Source: a virus (taxonomy: Duplodnaviria; Caudoviricetes). Taken from it: a stretch of DNA of 64,000 nt. Within the stretch, counting starts at the first letter, position 1; the number at the start of each line of letters is the position of its first letter. Both the position numbers and the translations under genes were made by a program. The notes beneath the pieces are model-generated. The model was not told the origin of the DNA. It was given only the letters and a program-made list of their open reading frames with translations, and did not search any database. The stretch is from positions 128,001-192,000 of IMG/VR virus record IMGVR_UViG_3300032240_001498, one strand, 5' to 3'. This document shows, in pieces, positions 20,520-28,228 of the stretch.

Positions 20520-21364
20520 TCGTTCTTGAAGAGTGGCACTTGTAGTCTATCACTGTATCTCCAGCCTTTTCGCATTGCCATTTCTGCCACTGCACGATTG
20601 TTAAGGGTATACACCCGCTCAACCCCACCAACAGGCATAACATACACAGGCCCTTTAAAACCTGCCGCACGATATTCTTCAACTGCTCGCTCTGCATCTA
20701 CAAGGTCCTCTTCTGTTGCTACGACAAACTTTAAATATGCATAACCAATATCTTCATAACTGCATACTACTTCGGGCTTAATTGCATCTTCCCAAGGTTC
20801 TCCTGAGCAAGGCAGTTTAGCACTGATACTGAATGTTAGAGCATTACGTCCACGGTCTTTATTACCTAGTGTCCAGTTTAACAAATATTGTCTAAAATCT
20901 TTTAATAGCCGCATTGTGCCGTTTGTTTCAAATGTAATTTCTTTTAGTCCTGCCATCTTCGGATGATCTAACAATGCAGGATATGCCTTCTGCCATCCTA
21001 ACATTGGCTCGCCGCCTGTGATAACAAGATGCTCGTCCTGCCATTCACCGTGCGGTAGCATTTCTATAATACGTTCTACAATACCATCAGTTTCGACCAA
21101 TGGACTAAGATCTTTAAAACGGGCATCCCAGCTGGCATAACTGTCACAGCCTGTGCTTACTAATGGCAGTTCATTATAGTCTTTGAATTCTAAAATACGC
21201 TCTGCAATGGCTTCACGTTCATTGGACAGTTCACCACGGGGCATACCAAAACCTTGACAGGTAAAGTTACAACCAAATGTACGCAAGAAAACAGAAGGGA
21301 CGCCCATATAACGTCCTTCGCCTTGTATGCTATAAAATAATTCTGCTAATTTAATCTTGCTCAT
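20507..21364 (-). CDS. queE: 7-carboxy-7-deazaguanine synthase (radical SAM)
   Basis: ELFYSIQGEG, FLRTFGC, ITGGEP, ETNGT, SAK, YLKFV, RLQ..L motifs; Cys motif CX3CX36C. Confidence 0.9.
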   Translation of the reverse strand: MSKIKLAELFYSIQGEGRYMGVPSVFLRTFGCNFTCQGFGMPRGELSNEREAIAERILEFKDYNELPLVSTGCDSYASWDARFKDLSPLVETDGIVERIIEMLPHGEWQDEHLVITGGEPMLGWQKAYPALLDHPKMAGLKEITFETNGTMRLLKDFRQYLLNWTLGNKDRGRNALTFSISAKLPCSGEPWEDAIKPEVVCSYEDIGYAYLKFVVATEEDLVDAERAVEEYRAAGFKGPVYVMPVGGVERVYTLNNRAVAEMAMRKGWRYSDRLQVPLFKNEWGT

Positions 21365-21584
21365 CTTCATCCTGTCTTTCTAAAAATTGTGTTACTTGAT
21401 CTTCTGCGTCTTGTAAGAATTCTGCGTATACGGTAAATGTAGCAACACCGTTGCTTGCGTGAATGTCAAACGGAATAGTACCGCGAGGAATCCAATTAGG
21501 TCCTACTTCACGCTTAATTTCAAACATCTGCATATTTTTAATCTTATGCATAGTTTGATCAAATATGTCTTTAGCTGTAGTCAC
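21351..21584 (-). CDS. Hypothetical protein
   Basis: 77 aa ORF with short overlaps at both ends. Confidence 0.65.
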   Translation of the reverse strand: MTTAKDIFDQTMHKIKNMQMFEIKREVGPNWIPRGTIPFDIHASNGVATFTVYAEFLQDAEDQVTQFLERQDEDEQD

Positions 21585-22261
21585 AGGTCACCTTTTAACG
21601 AATCCATAATTACTCTACGTTCTTTATTATACACTTGTTTTTGGAGAAAGTCAAGAAACTCTTGATGCTCCATCTTCTCTGCTTTATTTAGAATATTTTG
21701 ACATGCCCGCAAATAATATCTGCGTCTAGCGGCTTTGGTAATACCTTTAGCATCTTCTACAGCAAATTGGAAACTGCGTACTAGACAGTCTGCGGCCTCA
21801 CTAGGTTTGCCGTGCCATTCTACATCACCATCATTGGTAATAACTAGAACGGGTTTATTGATAGTGCTGTTAAATTGAATACTGTTGCTTGACATGGGCT
21901 GATTTATACCTATTCCTGCTCCAATAGTGTATCCTGCTTGATAACCTATGGCAGTATTATATGACCCCGATGTAGGATGCTGTAAGGCCTGATAACCAAA
22001 CCCTATGTTTGGATTGTAGCTAACAGGTTTAATCTGCTCTATAGTTCGGCGAGCGATAATTTCCTTTCCCCGGGATCGTATTACGGACACCGCCGATCGC
22101 ATCCTCGACGTCACCCTTTCTACGAGGGATAAGGTGGATATGAGGCCAGTTAACAGTTTGACCTGCACTTGGGCCATAGTTAAGTCCAACATTGAAACCG
22201 TCCCAAGTTCCGGCTTCCACCATTGCTTTACCTTCTCGAATCGCGTCTTCAAAAGCATCAT
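21581..22261 (-). CDS. Hypothetical protein with GYQA repeats; true start uncertain (233-nt overlap with HIT gene)
   Basis: C-terminal 150 aa fill the gap between genes; GGAG-6nt-ATG at 22261 lies inside the HIT gene. Confidence 0.6.
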   Translation of the reverse strand: MMLLKTRFEKVKQWWKPELGTVSMLDLTMAQVQVKLLTGLISTLSLVERVTSRMRSAVSVIRSRGKEIIARRTIEQIKPVSYNPNIGFGYQALQHPTSGSYNTAIGYQAGYTIGAGIGINQPMSSNSIQFNSTINKPVLVITNDGDVEWHGKPSEAADCLVRSFQFAVEDAKGITKAARRRYYLRACQNILNKAEKMEHQEFLDFLQKQVYNKERRVIMDSLKGDL

Positions 22262-22427
22262 TTAAAACTCCAATTGTATTATATTTAGGTACAAACAACA
22301 AATGTCCTGGCGTACACGGATATTTGTCATAGTATACTGCAATATGAAAATCTTCTTTGTAAACATTATCCCAAGGTGCGGTGCTATCCTCAATTGAATC
22401 GGGGATGTCGTTAAAAATCTTATCCAT
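22029..22427 (-). CDS. HIT family nucleotide hydrolase
   Basis: YPCTPGHLLFVPK, GFNVGLNYG..AGQTV, HxHxxP (HIHLIPR). Confidence 0.9.
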   Translation of the reverse strand: MDKIFNDIPDSIEDSTAPWDNVYKEDFHIAVYYDKYPCTPGHLLFVPKYNTIGVLNDAFEDAIREGKAMVEAGTWDGFNVGLNYGPSAGQTVNWPHIHLIPRRKGDVEDAIGGVRNTIPGKGNYRSPNYRAD

Positions 22428-23181
22428 GTATTTCCTTTAATGTTGGTGCATAGTTTCCGAGATGTTGTACAGTGATAGCACTGGCATTGATAGCAAATAC
22501 AATGGCCTTATGCATGTCTAAAGTATTTAGGTATTCGTATGTTAGTGCAGATAAAAATGTATCACCTGCACCGCATACGTCTGCTACTTCTACGTTCCTT
22601 GCACCGAACGCAAACTTGTCATAAATGACTCCGCGTTCACCGTAGGTAACAACTAATCCAGTAGTTGGAAAACTTGTAGCACGGCTATTTTCGAGTTCGT
22701 TAATTTTAATAAAGCATCCTTCTAATCTTGCTAGGTCTGTTTTCTTTGTATCGACAAAAATTGGACCAGAGAATGTACCACGTAGGTCCTCAATTAAATC
22801 GTAACTAACTGTACCTTTATTATAATCACTAATAACAATAGCATCGTAATCTGATAGTGTATCTTCTATTGTAAGCGGGAGTGATGCAACATCTTTATCA
22901 ATGCGAACTATTTGCTGTTTACTGCGAGTATCAATAAGCCTAGTTTTAGTAGAAGTTTCACGATGTAAAAATTTTACATTGCATCCTAATGCTTCTAAAT
23001 TCTTACGCACATTCCCAGCCATACCTTCTTTGACGATATCGTACTTTGGTACAAACACTGGCACAGGTGCTTCAGGACTTATACGATCTACGCTACCGTA
23101 TCTATAGACGTCGGTGCAATCATCCCCGACTAATAATATCTTGAATGATTTTTGTTGTTGAGTATTCATCGATTCTGTCAT
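22420..23181 (-). CDS. PfkB-family sugar kinase, RfaE/HldE domain I-like (heptose-7-phosphate kinase)
   Basis: RISPEAPVPV, GMAGNV, ISDYNKG, DVCGAGDTF. Confidence 0.85.
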   Translation of the reverse strand: MTESMNTQQQKSFKILLVGDDCTDVYRYGSVDRISPEAPVPVFVPKYDIVKEGMAGNVRKNLEALGCNVKFLHRETSTKTRLIDTRSKQQIVRIDKDVASLPLTIEDTLSDYDAIVISDYNKGTVSYDLIEDLRGTFSGPIFVDTKKTDLARLEGCFIKINELENSRATSFPTTGLVVTYGERGVIYDKFAFGARNVEVADVCGAGDTFLSALTYEYLNTLDMHKAIVFAINASAITVQHLGNYAPTLKEIHG

Positions 23182-23521
23182 ACCAAAAGATCTCTTTTAC
23201 ATATTGTCCTGCTACTACGCTCTTGCCTTTCCAATCACTGCCCTTGACCATTATGTCCGGTTTGTAAAGTTTAAGCAATCTGATTAGGTCTTCTTGACTG
23301 TCAAAAAATTCCACAATATCTACAGCCTTGAGATTTTGTAGCATTACCTTACGAAAGACTTGATCGTTAATTGGACGAGTATCGCCTTTGAGCTCTTTAA
23401 CCCTGCGATCAGTATCAATGCATACAATAAGATAATCGCCCAAACTACGAGCGGTGTTTAACATTGCTACATGCCCTGGGTGCAGGATATCAAATGTACC
23501 ATTAACTACTACGGTGGTCAT
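23120..23521 (-). CDS. Cytidylyltransferase-like protein, RfaE/HldE domain II-like
   Basis: NGTFDILHPGH (HxGH), KGDTRPIN, VKGSDW, STTKII. Confidence 0.85.
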   Translation of the reverse strand: MTTVVVNGTFDILHPGHVAMLNTARSLGDYLIVCIDTDRRVKELKGDTRPINDQVFRKVMLQNLKAVDIVEFFDSQEDLIRLLKLYKPDIMVKGSDWKGKSVVAGQYVKEIFWYDRIDEYSTTKIIQDIISRG

Positions 23522-23877
23522 TTTTGACTGTCACCTTTGCCTACACGATAATTGTCTTCTACAGAGTCTGGAGTAGATACTTCAATAACTGTACCTGCTT
23601 CGATACACTCTAATTGATGTGGCATACAGGGTGTGTTATGCCAAACAGCACCATCACGAACTTCTTTCTCGTGAACTTCGGCAGTAGCAGTATCAATCCA
23701 ACGGATAATAAATTTACCTGATTGTATGTACCAAGTTTCTTCTTTGTCTTTATGGAAGTGCATACTGAATTTTGCACCTGTGTTAAAGTTCATAAACTTT
23801 CCACAGTACTTGTCGTTAGTGGCCCAGATAAATTCTGAACCCCATCCTTTTGGAACTAAGCCTTTTAATTGTGTCAT
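23518..23877 (-). CDS. Cupin, mannose-6-phosphate isomerase-like
   Basis: KGWGSE, SMHFH..KEETW, PH, EVSTP. Confidence 0.8.
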   Translation of the reverse strand: MTQLKGLVPKGWGSEFIWATNDKYCGKFMNFNTGAKFSMHFHKDKEETWYIQSGKFIIRWIDTATAEVHEKEVRDGAVWHNTPCMPHQLECIEAGTVIEVSTPDSVEDNYRVGKGDSQK

Positions 23878-24125
23878 TCTGGTAATGGGTTAAATCTTTG
23901 TAGGAAACTTTCGAGATAGCAACTGTATTCGCGTACTTCGTTAGTTTCTTCTTTTGTTTCTTTAATATAATGTACCCAAGTGTGTCCTTCTAATTCAATA
24001 GTATGTAACACATGGAATACATCTCGTCCAGTGCCGCCCCACCTGCTTCCATCTTTTGGACGCTTAGGGGGTTCGGTTGCTTTAATTCTATCTTCTGTTG
24101 TAAAAGTTGTCATTTTGTCCACCAC
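23874..24125 (-). CDS. Hypothetical protein
   Basis: 83 aa ORF; start may be ATG 24113. Confidence 0.6.
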   Translation of the reverse strand: MVDKMTTFTTEDRIKATEPPKRPKDGSRWGGTGRDVFHVLHTIELEGHTWVHYIKETKEETNEVREYSCYLESFLQRFNPLPE

Positions 24126-24610
24126 TCCTCATAAGGAAATTCTATCCAAACATCTTTCTCTGCCTTGTTAACTTCCATGCCGGCAAAGTCCATTTTAACA
24201 TTGCATTCACTTGCAAGGTTATCTACTACTACAGCAAACTTTACAGTTTTGTTCCAAACGTCATTATCCCAACGTATGGCACTCGGTAATGCACTAGAGC
24301 GCCAATCTTCCATGAGCCAGTTAAATGTAGCACCAGTATCGTTGATGTCGTCTACAACAAGAATATTTGCGCCATCATATGCATCTGAGGCTAGGCCACA
24401 ATTACTTACAGTATCACCACCGTCACGTAGACTGATATCTAGACTATTCATCTTAATATTAAAATATTGACTGATCATGACAGCAGGCAACAGCCCACCA
24501 CGACCGATGCCTACTATGATATCAGGCCGCCAATCACTGAGCATGATATCTCTACATATTTTTGCAATTAAGCCATTAAACTGTGGCGGTGTTAGTATTA
24601 GCTTGTTCAC
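24110..24610 (-). CDS. Type I phosphoribosyltransferase (xanthine/guanine PRT-like)
   Basis: IVGIGRGG, PRPP loop ILVVDDINDTGAT, WIEFPYE. Confidence 0.85.
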   Translation of the reverse strand: MNKLILTPPQFNGLIAKICRDIMLSDWRPDIIVGIGRGGLLPAVMISQYFNIKMNSLDISLRDGGDTVSNCGLASDAYDGANILVVDDINDTGATFNWLMEDWRSSALPSAIRWDNDVWNKTVKFAVVVDNLASECNVKMDFAGMEVNKAEKDVWIEFPYEEWWTK

Positions 24611-25067
24611 GTCTGCCTTTCAAATAAGTTTCGTTATGTATCCATTTGTTGTTAACTAAAAATCCCCATTCACGCTTTTTAGGACCTGGCATGAATAGTG
24701 TCCAAGGTGTAACACCTGGCTCTAATTCAATACGGTGATAGCTTTCTGGTTCGCAGGTTCTAAAATGACCTGGACCGCGCCATACCTTATACTCACCCCA
24801 CTTTTCACCTAGGGTATTAATCTTAGGAATCCATTCCCAGTAGCCACCTTTAAGGATTAGGGTAGCATATGGCCAAGGGTGATCATGGACTTCGTCCGGA
24901 TCGGATTTTAAAAATTTATGTAGGAACACGTTGAACGGAAACCATGTACGTTCTTTGAGAAATATATAATATCTCTCTAGGTACGGCTCATCGTCAACAC
25001 GATCCATAATAATTCGTTTACGTCCTAGTTTGTCTAGGGTATCAAGTAGTCTGTCTGTTAGTTTCAT
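24576..25067 (-). CDS. Cupin-fold protein (HDHPW family)
   Basis: HDHPW...GGYWE...YHRI; start moved to MKLTD. Confidence 0.75.
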   Translation of the reverse strand: MKLTDRLLDTLDKLGRKRIIMDRVDDEPYLERYYIFLKERTWFPFNVFLHKFLKSDPDEVHDHPWPYATLILKGGYWEWIPKINTLGEKWGEYKVWRGPGHFRTCEPESYHRIELEPGVTPWTLFMPGPKKREWGFLVNNKWIHNETYLKGRREQANTNTATV

Positions 25068-25248
25068 TTTCGCTCTTACAAAGTTCATACACTATTTTAA
25101 ACTGTTCCCAAGATTTTTGCAACCCCGGAAACTCCGAACACAATCTTCCTAGTGTAAGTGAATCTACTCGATATTGTACAGCCCAGTTGTGTTGAGTTTC
25201 CAAATCGATAGTTTCACTCGGTTCAAATTTTTTGTGTTTTACAATCAT
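25042..25248 (-). CDS. Hypothetical protein
   Basis: 68 aa ORF coupled to neighbours. Confidence 0.6.
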   Translation of the reverse strand: MIVKHKKFEPSETIDLETQHNWAVQYRVDSLTLGRLCSEFPGLQKSWEQFKIVYELCKSENETNRQTT

Positions 25249-25541
25249 CAGATCTTCAATGTTTCCATTGTGATAATCTTACCAATCTCTTTTCCAAGAT
25301 CTTTGTCATCTGTGATAATATGTAACGTTCTATAACTTCGATCTTTGATACGATCATAGAAGTTGGTTTCAACTACCATACCGCCCTGGGCCTTGTATGC
25401 AGTTATACGAATACCTTTATCACTGTCGAGACTGTGATCATCAACTGACAATGCGTTACGACGTGATAATTTACTCTGAACGACTTCAGCTTCGTCACTT
25501 AGCATCCAACTACGTAGTTTATGCTTGAACCAATTAATCAT
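25248..25541 (-). CDS. Hypothetical protein
   Basis: Start moved to MINWF (25541), overlapping upstream stop. Confidence 0.65.
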   Translation of the reverse strand: MINWFKHKLRSWMLSDEAEVVQSKLSRRNALSVDDHSLDSDKGIRITAYKAQGGMVVETNFYDRIKDRSYRTLHIITDDKDLGKEIGKIITMETLKI

Positions 25542-25710
25542 ATTTCTTAGCTTCGTTGATTTTTGTGATGTGATCGGCTTCGTACTTTGCCAATGCTTCA
25601 CGGAATTCATCTTCACCTAATCCGTGCCATCCACAGCAATCGCCAGTTGGGCTACGACCACAACCGCATGTTCCAATTTTTTCACCTTCTTCTGGTACTC
25701 TTACTTGCAT
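25534..25710 (-). CDS. Small CDGSH-like iron-sulfur protein (variant)
   Basis: CGCGRSPTGDCCGWH resembles CxCx2Sx3PxCDGSH; AAGGA SD before ATG 25710. Confidence 0.6.
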   Translation of the reverse strand: MQVRVPEEGEKIGTCGCGRSPTGDCCGWHGLGEDEFREALAKYEADHITKINEAKKYD

Positions 25711-25723
25711 GATTTTTCCTTTA

Positions 25724-26623
25724 TTATAAGTCTGGGTTGATGGCAAGTCCTTGCCATTCTTTAATTTTAATTTCTTCAGTTTCTGGCGTATCATCTTGCC
25801 AAGAACTGATCCAACGTGAGCCGGTCCATTTAGCTTGATAAGTGTAACTGTTCTTGCCAGTAGTCTTAACCATATAGTTGCCTTCACGTACGGGCTTGAT
25901 TTTCTTAGAGAACCAATCAGTCATTGGATACTCGATGTCGTCCATGTTACGATACTTTTCCCAATTGCCTGTTAAGTTTTGTGAGTGGGCTATATAAAAG
26001 CCAAAGTCACTACTCTTGCCGTCTGTATTGCCACCCCAGTTATCAATAGTTTCACCATCGTACTCGACACCATTAACAAGCTCTTCACCGTCAATCTCGT
26101 CATAGTTTAGAGTTAACTTGGTAATGTCAAATGGCATAGTTAGTGGAAGATCGGTTTCAAAGAATGTGCCTTTTTCGTTTGAGTTACCGATGAACACTAC
26201 AGTACCAGCTGGCTTCTCGTCAATCCAGGCTTCATCACCGCAGGACCATTCTGGTTCATTTTCGTCTCCACCACTGATATCTTCTAGACTACGTTCATAG
26301 ATGATGTTGCCATTTTCATCTTCAATTTGAAGTGTACCGGCATTACGGCTAACACCATGTGCGTGTGCCATGTCATCACACTCGTACCAGCTACCTGGAG
26401 GAAACGGTTGCATGTCTTCTGGGATATCGTTTTCATCGGCGTAGTCGCTGTCCCAAGCATAGTCGCTAAGATCAAGTCTGCGATGTTTGAAGTAATCATA
26501 AATCTTACGATCTACAGTACCCATAACTTTTTCACCACCATAACCCCACATTGAAATTTTGTAGGTACGTGGGGTCCATTTTAGGACCTGCATTAGTTGT
26601 TCTTTTTCCTCTAGCGTTGCCAT
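25724..26623 (-). CDS. Hypothetical acidic protein
   Basis: 299 aa, AGGAG SD. Confidence 0.75.
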   Translation of the reverse strand: MATLEEKEQLMQVLKWTPRTYKISMWGYGGEKVMGTVDRKIYDYFKHRRLDLSDYAWDSDYADENDIPEDMQPFPPGSWYECDDMAHAHGVSRNAGTLQIEDENGNIIYERSLEDISGGDENEPEWSCGDEAWIDEKPAGTVVFIGNSNEKGTFFETDLPLTMPFDITKLTLNYDEIDGEELVNGVEYDGETIDNWGGNTDGKSSDFGFYIAHSQNLTGNWEKYRNMDDIEYPMTDWFSKKIKPVREGNYMVKTTGKNSYTYQAKWTGSRWISSWQDDTPETEEIKIKEWQGLAINPDL

Positions 26624-26634
26624 ATGATCTCCTT

Positions 26635-27378
26635 TTATCTTGGGGCAAATTCTTGTTGTAATTTAATGTTGTCAAAGAACTCTTTCTTTGTATTACCATC
26701 GGTATTAAAAGCACCTTTAAGTACTGTGGTCTGTGTTAACGAACTGTGCGCCATAATACCACGATTCTCACAGCAACCGTGTACCGCTTGAATATAAACA
26801 CCTAGGTCTTTGGCTCCTGTTGCCTTTTCGATTTCCCTAGCAATGTCATTGCAAAGTTCCTCCTGGAGAGTACCTCGTCTTGCACACCACTGTGCAATTC
26901 TTGTGTACTTAGACAAGCCGATGAGCTTCTGAGCGGCAATAATGCCAATATAGGCAACACCAGTAACGGGTTGGTGATGATGACTACACATAGAACGAAG
27001 CTCACTTCGAACAACCAACATACCTTCATAACGGTCCGCCGAGTCGTTTGGAAATGCTGTTGCGTCTGGTGCTGGTTCATATCTTCCTGCCATTATTTCA
27101 TTAAAGTACATCTTGGCAAGTCGTCTTGCTGTGCCTTTGGAGTTTGGATCGTTTTCGCGATCAATTAACAAGCAGTCTAACACTTTTTCAAATGCTTCTG
27201 TTGTTTCATCGATCAGCTGTTCTTTCATTTTGACATCAATGTATTCACTGATGTTATCTCCGGCCCAAAATCTTTTACCATTGCGTTTCATTACAAAACC
27301 CAAATAGTTGTGTGCTGTGCCTTCTTGATATCCGCTGTCGCCGTACATGGCGTCGAGTGCTGTTGCTTTATTTGTCAA
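26635..27378 (-). CDS. folE: GTP cyclohydrolase I
   Basis: SMCSHHHQP, GLSKYTRIA, QE, HGCCENRG; TTG start with GGAG SD. Confidence 0.95.
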   Translation of the reverse strand: MTNKATALDAMYGDSGYQEGTAHNYLGFVMKRNGKRFWAGDNISEYIDVKMKEQLIDETTEAFEKVLDCLLIDRENDPNSKGTARRLAKMYFNEIMAGRYEPAPDATAFPNDSADRYEGMLVVRSELRSMCSHHHQPVTGVAYIGIIAAQKLIGLSKYTRIAQWCARRGTLQEELCNDIAREIEKATGAKDLGVYIQAVHGCCENRGIMAHSSLTQTTVLKGAFNTDGNTKKEFFDNIKLQQEFAPR

Positions 27379-27419
27379 TTTATTATTCTCCGAGTTAATG
27401 ACGTGGATGTCTATATGTT

Positions 27420-27448
27420 ATTATACTGAATTATTTAGGTTAAGTCAA
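27420..27448 (-). promoter_or_regulatory. sigma70-type promoter for folE, with TAAATA in the spacer
   Basis: TTGACT-N17-TATAAT; TAAATA at 27432-27437. Confidence 0.85.
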
Positions 27449-28228
27449 GCGAAGCAGAGTATTTTTCTTTACGGCCGCATCCAACACATTCATTTGGACA
27501 TTTTGACTTTCTGCATATTTCAATAATGCTGAGGTATCTTTAGGAAAACATGCACCACCGAATCCAAAGGAACCATCAGGCCCTGGAACTTGCATATGAC
27601 TATTGCCGATTCTAACATCGCTTTTAATCATAGACGCAATCTTATTGTAGTCACAATCACTGGCTTTTGCTAGAAAATACAATTCGTTCATAAATGTAAC
27701 CTTAGTGGACATGAATGTGTTGATTGCATATTTTGCCAAACTTGCTTCTGCAATAGTGCAATGGTGAACGTGTTCCAAACCACCTTGTGTTTCTTTAATA
27801 ACACTTTCGGCTAGATCTCTATAGGCTTTAATGCGACCGCCGATGATGGCAAACTTGCCATTGGCATAATCTCTAGCGGCATTAGCGGCAGTTAGAAATT
27901 CTGGCGCATGTACAAGATTTGGATATCGGTTGTTTAATCTAGTATATGTATCAGGTGGTGCTGTGCATTTACTGATAATAACGCCTTCAAACTTGATTAT
28001 TTCCAACTTTGCTAGAATGTCTTCTAAGATGGTAGTATCACAAGTACCGTCCTCGTCTTGCGGAGTAGGAACACAGATAAAGACACCATCACATTGTGAT
28101 AGATCTTGGAATGGATCTCGACCACGTGCTTTGTCATTGTCGACTAATACTAATTGATCTTCATTCCAAAATGCCTGCTTGATAGCGTTGCCTACAAATC
28201 CTAATCCTACAATTCCTATTTTACCCAT
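27440..28228 (-). CDS. UDP-glucose/GDP-mannose dehydrogenase family protein, lacking C-terminal domain
   Basis: GIVGLGFVG, ICVPTP, KCT, PEFL, KYAINTF, GFGGACFPKD; only 262 aa. Confidence 0.9.
   Translation of the reverse strand: MGKIGIVGLGFVGNAIKQAFWNEDQLVLVDNDKARGRDPFQDLSQCDGVFICVPTPQDEDGTCDTTILEDILAKLEIIKFEGVIISKCTAPPDTYTRLNNRYPNLVHAPEFLTAANAARDYANGKFAIIGGRIKAYRDLAESVIKETQGGLEHVHHCTIAEASLAKYAINTFMSTKVTFMNELYFLAKASDCDYNKIASMIKSDVRIGNSHMQVPGPDGSFGFGGACFPKDTSALLKYAESQNVQMNVLDAAVKKNTLLRLT

Noticed and set aside
22066-22080. Canonical -1 frameshift heptamer G GGA AAG
   Set aside because: It is in register with the downstream ORF, so a -1 shift would enter the nearly finished HIT frame rather than create a long fusion.
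25534-25887. ORF-track upstream extensions (25887, 25616, 25088, 36683, 39264, 55264, 4384, 17745, 18505)
   Set aside because: They overlap neighbours or promoters; internal ATGs with SD, promoter or coupling evidence fit better.
27379-27419. Canonical preQ1-I or THF-II riboswitch call for the folE leader
   Set aside because: Does not match either consensus as I recall it; kept only as a low-confidence candidate element.
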